Virus record (IMG/VR): IMGVR_UViG_3300040801_002879
Span: 1 to 23,417 of that record
DNA length: 23,417 nucleotides
Direction: 5' to 3' (one strand)
DNA from: a virus
Lineage: Duplodnaviria; Heunggongvirae; Uroviricota; Caudoviricetes
How positions within the stretch are numbered: the first letter of the stretch is position 1; each line of letters starts with the position of its first letter. Made by a program: the position numbers and the translations under genes. Below are positions 7,602-15,412 of the stretch, one piece after another. Under the pieces are notes generated by a model. It was not told where the DNA came from. It worked only from the letters and a program-made list of their open reading frames with translations, and made no database searches.

Positions 7602-7848
7602 ACAACTGAAACTATCAGCAAGAGTAGTGGATGCAAATAGACTATAAATCTTGTGTAAAAGGTATATCATCCAGAGGGCTCAAAAGATATACCTTGTGAG
7701 AGCCCAAATGAGCTTAGCTCACTCCCGTCTGCGTTGGAGATACGGAAAAAATGCTGGTAAAGCGCAACCTGGACAGCACCGAAAGGATATTCCGTATGTG
7801 TAACTTCTCTCTTATTCCTAGGGAGAAGTGTATCTGCCAAGAGAAGAT
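7602..7848 (+). ncRNA. Candidate structured non-coding RNA or leader of unknown class
   Basis: Own promoter and no substantial plus-strand ORF. Stems: 7659-7668/7686-7695 (10 bp perfect), 7676-7681/7700-7705, 7709-7721 hairpin, 7740-7747/7790-7797 (8 bp perfect) enclosing 7752-7756/7774-7778 and CC-GAAA-GG, and 7803-7811/7821-7829. Confidence 0.55.
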
Positions 7849-7918
7849 AAATAAAAGAATTAATAAACTTTATATAGAATAATACTAAATAGAGTAATTA
7901 ACTTAATAGAATTAATAA
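7847..7918. repeat. AT-rich tract with short direct repeats
   Basis: 8 G+C in 72 nt by hand count; AGAATTAATAA at 7856-7866 and 7908-7918, with degenerate copies at 7876 and 7891. Confidence 0.55.
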
Positions 7919-7935
7919 GTGTAAAGGATGATTAT

Positions 7936-8466
7936 ATGACAATAAAGCCCGAAGAATTAAATTCACTGATAACTGCTTTTGACGATAGCACTTATCTTTG
8001 TTTTACCAGAGGTGCTTTTGATAGTTGGAGAGTAACGTTTCTAAACTCAGAAGGTAAACAAACCTACTCTCCGAAAGATACAGCCTTTTTTGATTATTTC
8101 TTATCTCTCACAGAATACGGTAACACAAGGCGAGAGATTTTCAATATCATAAAAAGAATGTCCAAGAAAATTTCTAAAGGTATGGAAGTAGATTTTGACC
8201 ACCTAAAAAAAGATATTTACAAGTATGCAGAAGAATTACATATCCCCGAAGAAGAACAACTCAAATTTGAAAAAGCCATGATGTCAGTTTTAGCAGCGAT
8301 GCTTTCAGAGGAACAAAAAGCATTTACGAAACTAGGCAAGAAACTAAAACTATTAGGATTGCATCAGGTTCTCATTGGCAAAATGGAGCCAAAAGTTGCA
8401 GCTAATTGGAGTAGAGGTAAGCCTTGGCAAGAGATTCTAAAGGAGTATGACCAATTAAATGTATAG
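7936..8466 (+). CDS. Conserved hypothetical protein, DUF7004-like
   Basis: GAFDSW near the N-terminus and AAMLSEEQK..TKLGKKLKLLGLHQVL..M.PKVAANWSRGKPW resemble my recollection of the DUF7004 family; RBS AAGGA. Confidence 0.55.
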   Translation: MTIKPEELNSLITAFDDSTYLCFTRGAFDSWRVTFLNSEGKQTYSPKDTAFFDYFLSLTEYGNTRREIFNIIKRMSKKISKGMEVDFDHLKKDIYKYAEELHIPEEEQLKFEKAMMSVLAAMLSEEQKAFTKLGKKLKLLGLHQVLIGKMEPKVAANWSRGKPWQEILKEYDQLNV

Positions 8467-8516
8467 ACGATTGTAGAAGATGACAATTACAACTAAATAA
8501 AATGTAGGGGCATAGC

Positions 8517-8762
8517 ATGGAAAAAATATGTGCACTAAAAGTAAAAATTATAGCGTTTTTCTGGAGATTATTTCATTTGAAGCTTTGGCGTTCTCCACGA
8601 AAAGAGAGGGTGATTCCTAAGAATAGTCCGTTTTGTTTTAAAGTTACGGAAAGAGGAATCTATGCGTGTCCTTATTTGATTTCTACATCGGAAGGTGATT
8701 GTTGTATGTATAAAGCAGAACGTTTGAAGAGACGTGCAGAAAAAATTTGTGACCATAAATAA
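8517..8762 (+). CDS. Small Cys-rich hypothetical protein
   Basis: IPKNSPFC...ACPY...DCC...KIC; co-directional in the cassette. Confidence 0.55.
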   Translation: MEKICALKVKIIAFFWRLFHLKLWRSPRKERVIPKNSPFCFKVTERGIYACPYLISTSEGDCCMYKAERLKRRAEKICDHK

Positions 8763-8776
8763 GTAGAGAGGATTTA

Positions 8777-8989
8777 ATGTTTAGAAAACTCCGTAAAAAT
8801 CTATTTGATTTTAATTTATTGGAACTGAAAAAAGGACATTATTACTTGGTTGTGTTGAAAAGCCAAGAAGATGTCAAAGACTTTGGTGAGGCTCTCAATG
8901 ATTTTCTAGGGGAAGAATCGGACAGACCGAGAGTGCTTGTGATGTCATCCGAAGAACTAGATGGAATGAGGGTTATTGAAATTGGATAA
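8777..8989 (+). CDS. Hypothetical protein (70 aa)
   Basis: RBS GAGG; overlaps the start of the next gene. Confidence 0.65.
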   Translation: MFRKLRKNLFDFNLLELKKGHYYLVVLKSQEDVKDFGEALNDFLGEESDRPRVLVMSSEELDGMRVIEIG

Positions 8990-9803
8990 AAATAAAAAGA
9001 TTATGTGTATGGCTTCTGGCGAAGATAATAAAGGTGTTATAACGCAAGAAGCTTGTTTAGAATGTGCTTTAGCAAATGGAACACCCCCATGCGGGTTTGA
9101 CTACACCCTACTAAAATATATTTACTCAAAAGACCGCTACATGGCTGAAAAAGTTCACGTAAGCGATATTTTAGGGTGTCCACGACAGGCTTATTTTTCA
9201 AAGAAATTTACACTTCCTGTCGAACCACATAAACAACTTATAGTAACATTTGGGACATTACAACACCAGATGCTAGAGGAAATGGAAGATGAATATTATC
9301 ATGCTGAAAAAATTCTGGCTAATAGTGGCATTGTTGGTACGACTGATGTTTATTATAAAGACGGTAGGATTGTGGATTACAAGACTACTCGGAACTTAGA
9401 TAGGCGTTATTTGCCCCGCAAGAAACATAAGATGCAGGTAAATATTTATGCTCATTTGCTTCGAGAAGAAGGCTATCCTGTAACTTCGGCTGCGATTCAG
9501 TATATTGATTTCATGGGACCTTCCAAATGCCCTAAGCACAAGGCTTTCGTAGTCCCAGGAAACACAGGTCCGAAGTGCCCCATTTGCGAAATGGAGCAAC
9601 CAGACTTTCATCTTGGTGCTATGATGTTGGAAGTAGAACTGCTTCCACCAGAAGAAGTTGCAGAAATAGTAAAAGAAAAAACAGAATACTTGCAAAATGC
9701 TTTAGATAATGAAATAATTCCAGAGCCGACCCCCGACTTTTTGTGTCGTTATTGTCCTTTTGTGGACTGGTGTCAAGAAGGAAAAGATTCTATCTACGTC
9801 TAA
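8976..9803 (+). CDS. Cas4-like PD-(D/E)XK exonuclease (solo, not CRISPR-associated here)
   Basis: HVSDILGCPR, GTLQH, GTTD...IVDYKT, QVNIY and C-terminal CRYCPFVDWC (Fe-S ligand pattern). Confidence 0.85.
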   Translation: MKLDKNKKIMCMASGEDNKGVITQEACLECALANGTPPCGFDYTLLKYIYSKDRYMAEKVHVSDILGCPRQAYFSKKFTLPVEPHKQLIVTFGTLQHQMLEEMEDEYYHAEKILANSGIVGTTDVYYKDGRIVDYKTTRNLDRRYLPRKKHKMQVNIYAHLLREEGYPVTSAAIQYIDFMGPSKCPKHKAFVVPGNTGPKCPICEMEQPDFHLGAMMLEVELLPPEEVAEIVKEKTEYLQNALDNEIIPEPTPDFLCRYCPFVDWCQEGKDSIYV

Positions 9804-9893
9804 ATTTTGTATAATCTATGTATAAGTGATTGTAGATAAAAGACAGACCTATTGATATTTTGCAGTTAAAGGGACAAAAACGGAGAAGGCTAT

Positions 9894-11525
9894 ATGGAAA
9901 TATATGTTGCAGGTGCTAAAAAAGAGAGCCCTAAGCAATCAAGAGTTGTTTCCACAAAAGCACTTAGTAGAGACCTTGTTCAAACTTATTTAGGTAAAGA
10001 CGTTCCTCAGCTAACCAAAAAGTATAACCAATTTTGGGATTTGATGGATGTAATTGAACAACATGGCTATTTAAAATCATCTATTAGTGCGGTTGGAAGG
10101 GGAGCTCTTGGTGCGTGGTGGACAATTGCCGAACACCCTCTTTACATGGGTAAAGGCGATGAAAGTACGAAAGAAAAGCTATACGAGTTTTATAGCTCAA
10201 ACAGACGAAATTGGGATAACATAAAAGATTTTCAAAGCATGGCATACAAAATTGTGGCTGCCGCAATGTATTTAAAATATTTCGGGCAAGCCGCATTTTA
10301 TATTGTGAGAAACAAGAGAGGAACGCCTATTAGTTTAGACTTTCTCCATGGTCTTATTGTACCCAATGTAGATTCAGAAGGTTACTTCAAATCCCCCGCA
10401 TTTTACCAATTTAAGGATAGACAGGCTCTTGAAAGAATTGATTTCAGTGCTGATGAAGTCGTATTTATTTCTAATCCTGACATGAGGGGTAATCCCATGG
10501 GCGGTAGTGATGCAGAGTCACTTACCACTTTCAGTTTACCAACGGATATTTACCTGATGGCTGCTGCCCGTAACTATCTTCAAAATGCAGATAATCCCGA
10601 AGCAATTTGGGAACTTCCAGAAGATGTTACTGATGAGGCGTTTAATGAGTTTGCCGAAGTAATTTCAAAAAGATATAGAGGTGCTACCAATGCTGGCAAG
10701 AATCCTATTGTTGTAGCAGGCGAATTGAACTACAAAGAGCTAAGACGGATGCCAGAAGACCTGCCTTATGCAGACAGTCGTGATATTGCAAGAAATGAGG
10801 TTATAGCTACCAGTGGCTCTAGTGCAGTAAAACTAGGTTTGGCAGATGGTCAAAGCCAAGCAAACGCAAGAGAATTTAGACAAGAATTTTTGGAAAGTAC
10901 TCTTGTTCCTGTATTCAAAATGATAGAGGTTGCTTTCTATGAGCAAATTCACCGCAGACAGTTTGGCATAAAAGAGTGGATGTTTAAATTCGAACATCCT
11001 GACTTCCTGACAGCAGTTGAAAGAGCTACTGTTCATATGCGCTATATTCAAACAGGTGTTAAAAATCCTAATGAAGTACGTGCAGAAGAAGGACTTGCGC
11101 CAAGAGAAGGTGGGGAAGAATACGTTGACGTTACTGCTCAAAGCAAAGCAGGCAACGAACAGGGCTCACCACCAGAAGGCAGGGAAGACAGACCTGACAA
11201 GCCTTCAAACACAGGCGAGCCTACCCTAGACGACCAAGACCCCCCTAGGGGAGACCAGCATGATGAGCCTAACCGCCCACGAAGTCTCAGTCCAAATATA
11301 GACAAAGATGCTCTTATAGATGAGCTTTATACTATGAGAGATTTTACGGTGGGTAGAGTTAAGAAAGAAATGAGTTTACGAGAGTTTAAATCTGACATAC
11401 TTCCAGAAGATGTAAGACAACTGGCTAACGATTTTATACTTAGCAGGGATTGGAGTGTAGAGGATATAGATGAGATAAAAGAGTATTTTAATAGTGCAAT
11501 AGATTTAGTGAAGGAGAGTGAGTAA
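9894..11525 (+). CDS. Portal protein (HK97/lambda-like superfamily)
   Basis: YFGQAAFYIVRN..GTP..L..L, NYLQNADNPEAI, AGKNPIV, KNPNEVRAEEGLAPREGGEEY; position between terL and prohead protease. Confidence 0.9.
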   Translation: MEIYVAGAKKESPKQSRVVSTKALSRDLVQTYLGKDVPQLTKKYNQFWDLMDVIEQHGYLKSSISAVGRGALGAWWTIAEHPLYMGKGDESTKEKLYEFYSSNRRNWDNIKDFQSMAYKIVAAAMYLKYFGQAAFYIVRNKRGTPISLDFLHGLIVPNVDSEGYFKSPAFYQFKDRQALERIDFSADEVVFISNPDMRGNPMGGSDAESLTTFSLPTDIYLMAAARNYLQNADNPEAIWELPEDVTDEAFNEFAEVISKRYRGATNAGKNPIVVAGELNYKELRRMPEDLPYADSRDIARNEVIATSGSSAVKLGLADGQSQANAREFRQEFLESTLVPVFKMIEVAFYEQIHRRQFGIKEWMFKFEHPDFLTAVERATVHMRYIQTGVKNPNEVRAEEGLAPREGGEEYVDVTAQSKAGNEQGSPPEGREDRPDKPSNTGEPTLDDQDPPRGDQHDEPNRPRSLSPNIDKDALIDELYTMRDFTVGRVKKEMSLREFKSDILPEDVRQLANDFILSRDWSVEDIDEIKEYFNSAIDLVKESE

Positions 11526-11800
11526 TGTCCTATCAAACACCTTGGTTGTGTGTAAATAATGAATGTAATCACGTATTGGGATTTGTCAATGGTGGAGAGT
11601 TTACTCCTGCTGATGACCTTATCCCTTCGGAGATTTCAACAAGGGGTGCAAATTTAATTGTAAAATGTCCGAAATGTGGGACAGTCAAGACTTGGTATAC
11701 AAGTGACCCGCTAGTTCGTACTTTGAACCAGTTAATTGAAGTTATGTCTGAGCAAATGGCAAAAAGAGCCATTCATTCAATACATATTCAGACAAAATAA
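11525..11800 (+). CDS. Com-like zinc-ribbon protein
   Basis: CVNNECNHVLG...IVKCPKCG; coupled to the portal stop (TAATG). Confidence 0.55.
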   Translation: MSYQTPWLCVNNECNHVLGFVNGGEFTPADDLIPSEISTRGANLIVKCPKCGTVKTWYTSDPLVRTLNQLIEVMSEQMAKRAIHSIHIQTK

Positions 11801-11860
11801 TAGATTTTTATACGAAACTACTAGACAATAATTGAAGATTAGTGATGATGGAGATAAATT

Positions 11861-12136
11861 ATGGCATACGGTAACGATGGAGTTTACCATACTAGAGCAG
11901 GTGGCAGTTATGCAGTTGGTACACTTATAGACCAGTATTTAGACGATGAAGATGTAAAAATTCTGTATGAGCGTTGGAGAGACAAATGGGCTTTGCCCTT
12001 GGAATACCCAGGCTCACAATTCGCAATCACTTGCGATATGATTGCAGAAGCACCACTTGATGAGTTGGTGTCAGTTTACGGAAAGAAACGTTCACTTAGA
12101 TATATTGAGGCTGCACAAAACGCACCTACATTATAA
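11861..12136 (+). CDS. Hypothetical protein (91 aa)
   Basis: RBS GGAG; lies in the head module. Confidence 0.7.
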   Translation: MAYGNDGVYHTRAGGSYAVGTLIDQYLDDEDVKILYERWRDKWALPLEYPGSQFAITCDMIAEAPLDELVSVYGKKRSLRYIEAAQNAPTL

Positions 12137-12146
12137 GGAGCTCTTT

Positions 12147-13364
12147 ATGGGTAATAAACAAAAGATACAAAAAAGTATGTACGGAATCCTCAAGGATTCG
12201 GCATTTAAAAAGAATGAAAAAGGAAATTTAGTTGTTAAAGGCTATTTTACGTCTGATAACCTAGATATGGCAGGAGACGTAATTACCAGAGACGCTACGG
12301 AGCGAGCATTACCTATGTATAAACAATGGGGAAATGTTCGTTATTTACATACACCTAAGCCAGTAGGCAAAGTCCGTAGAATTGGTATACAAGACGGTTT
12401 AGAGTGGAATGAAGCAGAAATTGAGGTTATTGACCCCGATGCAATTTTCCAAGTTGAAAATGAACTGCTCACGGCTCTTTCTGTTGGAATTTTAGTTGAC
12501 TTCAAAGATATTGACATTGATGAAGAAACAGGCGGGTTTATTATTAATAATTATACACTGGCTGAAATTTCATTGGTAGACCACCCCGCAAATTATGACG
12601 CAAGATTAAAAGACATCGTGCTTGATGACGAAGCACGCCATCTGGCTCTTCAATATGGGTTGGATGGATTAGCTAACCATATTGGAGGAAAAAACATGAC
12701 TGAAAAAGAGAAAGATGTTCTCGTGGAAGAGGAAGAAATTATTGAATCTCCCGAAGCAGAAGAAGAACTTGACTTGAGTGATGAATCCCAAGAAGTTTCA
12801 CCCGAAGAGGTTGTTGAAGATGCTCCCGAAGAAGAAGAGGAAGAAGAAGTAGAAATTTCCTTAGAAGCTGAGGAAGAAATTGAAGACGAATCCGAAGAAG
12901 ATATTGAAGATTCTGAAGAGGAAGCTCAAGAAGAGATTGAAGATGTTGTAACGGTTGAAGACTCTGCTGATGCTGAAATTGAAAAAGATATTTCAGAAGA
13001 AGAAGAGATTGAACAGGAAGATGAACCTTCTCAAGAAGATTTGTCGAAAGCAGTTCAAGAAATTCGAGAATCCTTGAAAGCTATTGCAGACGCTTTAGAA
13101 TCAGGTAAAGGCTCTGAGGAAGAGCAAGAGACCGATGATGAAGATGCTCTACAAAAAGAACTAAAGGCAATCAAAGAACAAAATGAACAGCTTGAAGCTC
13201 GTCTGAAAGAGTTAGAAGAATCGACTCCTGCTGAGCGCAAAGGGCTAGTGGAAGAGACCAACCTTGACGACCTTGAGGAAGAAGAAGAGGAAGAAGAGGT
13301 TCAGGAAATTCCTTCACTAAAGAAAGCTTTGAGAGCTCACTTTGAACGTAAACTTGGAAAATAA
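12147..13364 (+). CDS. HK97-family prohead protease fused to an acidic scaffolding domain
   Basis: VKGYFTSDNLDMAGDVI, VRYLH..KPVG, ALSVG, EISLVDHPAN. Start reassigned from 12042 to ATG 12147 (TAAGGAG directly upstream; avoids overlap with the previous gene). Confidence 0.88.
   Translation: MGNKQKIQKSMYGILKDSAFKKNEKGNLVVKGYFTSDNLDMAGDVITRDATERALPMYKQWGNVRYLHTPKPVGKVRRIGIQDGLEWNEAEIEVIDPDAIFQVENELLTALSVGILVDFKDIDIDEETGGFIINNYTLAEISLVDHPANYDARLKDIVLDDEARHLALQYGLDGLANHIGGKNMTEKEKDVLVEEEEIIESPEAEEELDLSDESQEVSPEEVVEDAPEEEEEEEVEISLEAEEEIEDESEEDIEDSEEEAQEEIEDVVTVEDSADAEIEKDISEEEEIEQEDEPSQEDLSKAVQEIRESLKAIADALESGKGSEEEQETDDEDALQKELKAIKEQNEQLEARLKELEESTPAERKGLVEETNLDDLEEEEEEEEVQEIPSLKKALRAHFERKLGK
12696..13364 (+). 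CDS. Nested in-frame scaffolding protein (internal start)
   Basis: GGAGG at 12684-12688, 7 nt before the in-frame ATG 12696 (MTEKEK), exactly where the protease domain ends; Glu-rich with C-terminal coiled coil. Confidence 0.65.
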   Translation: MTEKEKDVLVEEEEIIESPEAEEELDLSDESQEVSPEEVVEDAPEEEEEEEVEISLEAEEEIEDESEEDIEDSEEEAQEEIEDVVTVEDSADAEIEKDISEEEEIEQEDEPSQEDLSKAVQEIRESLKAIADALESGKGSEEEQETDDEDALQKELKAIKEQNEQLEARLKELEESTPAERKGLVEETNLDDLEEEEEEEEVQEIPSLKKALRAHFERKLGK

Positions 13365-13399
13365 TACTCTAATTAATTGTATATAAGAGAGGTATAAAA

Positions 13400-14713
13400 A
13401 TGTTAACTGAACTACGAAAGGCACTTGTTACGACAGGAGACGGTGCGGAACTTCTGCCTTACGATTTAGACCCTGTGCTCCACGAAGAGTTGCTGAAAAT
13501 TCAGCCTCTTGCACAGCTTTTGACCACAATCGAAGCTGGTGGAAAAACACACGAATATCGTAAGAGAGTGTCTCACCCAACCGCATGGTTTGAAGGCGAA
13601 CTAACGCCTCAAAACCCAAAGAACTCAACTTACGAAAGCAAGACACTCCAAATGAAGATTCAACGTATTTGGGGCTCAGTGTCTGGCTTCCAGCAAGCTA
13701 TGAGTGAGGAATTTATTGACGCTCTGGAAACAGAGTTAATGGGTAGTGTCGAAGGTATGGCAAACACCCTGGAATTTGGTCAAATGTACGGTGTTGCAGA
13801 CGACATCGGTTTCTCAGGAGACCCATTCCAATACACTGGTTTCATCCCACGTATCTATGCGTATGCTCCACAAAACGTTATTGATGCTGGTGGCGACAAA
13901 ATCACATTAACCGACTTGGATAACGTTATTTCCAAAGCTTTCGGTTTCCGTGGTGCAAATCGTGACCCACGCATGTGGATGATGTCCAAAGCTATGAAGC
14001 TTGTTGTTGATGGTCTTCAATCACGTGTTCAAATCCCTCTGCGGAGCTTGGAACTGTTTGATGGTAAAATCACAATGGCATCATACGCTGATATTCCGAT
14101 TTTGGAAACGGACTATCTGAAACCTCTGGCAGAATCTACTTCACCTTCCGATGTTGCTCTAACAGGCGCAGAATCAGGTGGTACTCTATCAGAAAGTTAT
14201 GATTACCGTATCGCTTCTGTCACACTGACAGGCGAACAGGAAGCAAGTGCAGCAGTCGGTACTCCCGAAGCTATCACTGGCTCAACAGGTACAGTAACTC
14301 TTGACTTCACCGCAGACCCAAATGCAGTTCAATACTACATTTTCCGTCAAGACGGTGGCTCAGGTGACTTTGCTCTGATTGACATTATTCCTGCAAAGAC
14401 ATATGATGCAAGTGGTACTGTAAATGGTACTGTAAGCCAATATGTTGATGATGGCTCAAAGAGCCCAATTGCCCAAATTAAACCTCTGGAAGCTGGCGAG
14501 CAATCAATTGTTCTGCTCAACCGCAATCCTAGACGTGGTTTGGCAATCGTAGGTAAAGTAGACGACATGGGTCGCCCATTGGACACCCTGTTCCGCTACG
14601 TAGACTTGGCTCGTACCAAGGACACCTATGACTACATGATTAAGGGTTACTTATCATCACGTGTGATTTATCCCGAACTCATGGGTATGGTAAGACACGC
14701 TAAATTAGCGTAA
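13400..14713 (+). CDS. Major capsid protein (HK97 fold) with inserted Ig/FN3-like domain
   Basis: Follows protease/scaffold; GKTHEY, AWFEGE, KIQRIWGSVSGF, YADIPILETD; beta-rich insert at about 14138-14466; followed by a terminator. Confidence 0.88.
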   Translation: MLTELRKALVTTGDGAELLPYDLDPVLHEELLKIQPLAQLLTTIEAGGKTHEYRKRVSHPTAWFEGELTPQNPKNSTYESKTLQMKIQRIWGSVSGFQQAMSEEFIDALETELMGSVEGMANTLEFGQMYGVADDIGFSGDPFQYTGFIPRIYAYAPQNVIDAGGDKITLTDLDNVISKAFGFRGANRDPRMWMMSKAMKLVVDGLQSRVQIPLRSLELFDGKITMASYADIPILETDYLKPLAESTSPSDVALTGAESGGTLSESYDYRIASVTLTGEQEASAAVGTPEAITGSTGTVTLDFTADPNAVQYYIFRQDGGSGDFALIDIIPAKTYDASGTVNGTVSQYVDDGSKSPIAQIKPLEAGEQSIVLLNRNPRRGLAIVGKVDDMGRPLDTLFRYVDLARTKDTYDYMIKGYLSSRVIYPELMGMVRHAKLA

Positions 14714-14732
14714 GACTAGTTAGTTAGTCTTA
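14711..14732 (+). other. Stem-loop overlapping the capsid stop codon
   Basis: TAAGACTA-GTTAGT-TAGTCTTA, 8-bp perfect stem. Confidence 0.5.
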
Positions 14733-14748
14733 AAAATAGTTGAAAATA

Positions 14749-14784
14749 AAGGGCGAGGCGATTAACGTTGCCCCGCCCTTCTTA
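14749..14784 (+). terminator. Probable intrinsic terminator after the capsid gene
   Basis: AAGGGCGAGGCGA-TTAACG-TTGCCCCGCCCTT followed by CTT; one mismatch; short U tract. Confidence 0.65.
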
Positions 14785-14809
14785 GAAGATGTAAAGAGAG
14801 AGGACTATC

Positions 14810-15181
14810 GTGCAAGGAATAGACCCTACTGTTTGGGAAATCGGTTTAGAAGTTGTAAAAGCTATTATAGGGGTAGTTATCCCTGCTATAACAGTAGCTT
14901 TGACTTTCTCCTTAAGGCGATTGAATCAGAAACTACAGAAGAAATCCCTCAAAGATGAAATTTATAGACAAATATCCATGGCTAATGAAGTAAAAACTTT
15001 TAAGGCTATGAATATGGGGAAGAAAACAGAAACCTTGCTTGAGAGTATGCAAGCTTTTGTTGTAAGTAACGAGATAGCAGTTTCTGAGATTGAACTAAAA
15101 TTAATGGTAGAAAGAGCATTACAGTCTGAAAATAATTTACAAATGAGATTTAGTATGTTAGATACAAGGAGTGAAGAATAA
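14810..15181 (+). CDS. Holin-like single-TM protein (LL-H-like)
   Basis: GTG start with GAGG; one N-terminal hydrophobic helix (AIIGVVIPAITVALTF), then a helical domain ending LMVERAL. Confidence 0.5.
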   Translation: MQGIDPTVWEIGLEVVKAIIGVVIPAITVALTFSLRRLNQKLQKKSLKDEIYRQISMANEVKTFKAMNMGKKTETLLESMQAFVVSNEIAVSEIELKLMVERALQSENNLQMRFSMLDTRSEE

Positions 15182-15411
15182 TGGGTACAATTAATGACCT
15201 TTTGACTAGTCGAGCAGTTTGGACAGCAGTAATTGGTTTAGCAACCACTCTGGTTTTGCGCTATGCACAAATTCCAGCAGAAGTTTGGCAATCCGTAGTT
15301 GCTTTATTTACCGTTATTGTAGCAAAGTTCACGGTGGATGACTTAGGTTTGACCATCGGTAGAACAATCGCTTTGACAATGAGAGAAGAACGCCAAAAAG
15401 AACAGGAGTAA
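15181..15411 (+). CDS. Holin-like two-TM membrane protein
   Basis: Two hydrophobic segments and a charged C-terminus (REERQKEQE); coupled to the upstream gene. Confidence 0.55.
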   Translation: MGTINDLLTSRAVWTAVIGLATTLVLRYAQIPAEVWQSVVALFTVIVAKFTVDDLGLTIGRTIALTMREERQKEQE

Positions 15412-15412
15412 T

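Noticed and set aside
7636-7695. Group I intron R/S-like words (AGACTATA, AAGATATA)
   Set aside because: The S element would need UAGUC to form P7; here it is UACCU. There is also no interrupted host gene.
7651-7710. Resemblance to a c-di-GMP-II riboswitch (stem with GGGC loop pairing downstream)
   Set aside because: Topology is similar, but the conserved GGGCAC / GUGCAACC core and kink-turn motifs are absent.
7740-7797. Hammerhead ribozyme (three-way junction with GAAA)
   Set aside because: No CUGAUGA core; the GAAA is a hairpin loop.
7600-7935. CRISPR mini-array near the Cas4-like gene
   Set aside because: No regularly spaced direct repeats of 23 nt or more were seen here or elsewhere in the window.
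12042-12146. Track-assigned N-terminal extension of the prohead protease
   Set aside because: Overlaps the upstream gene; a strong RBS supports ATG 12147.
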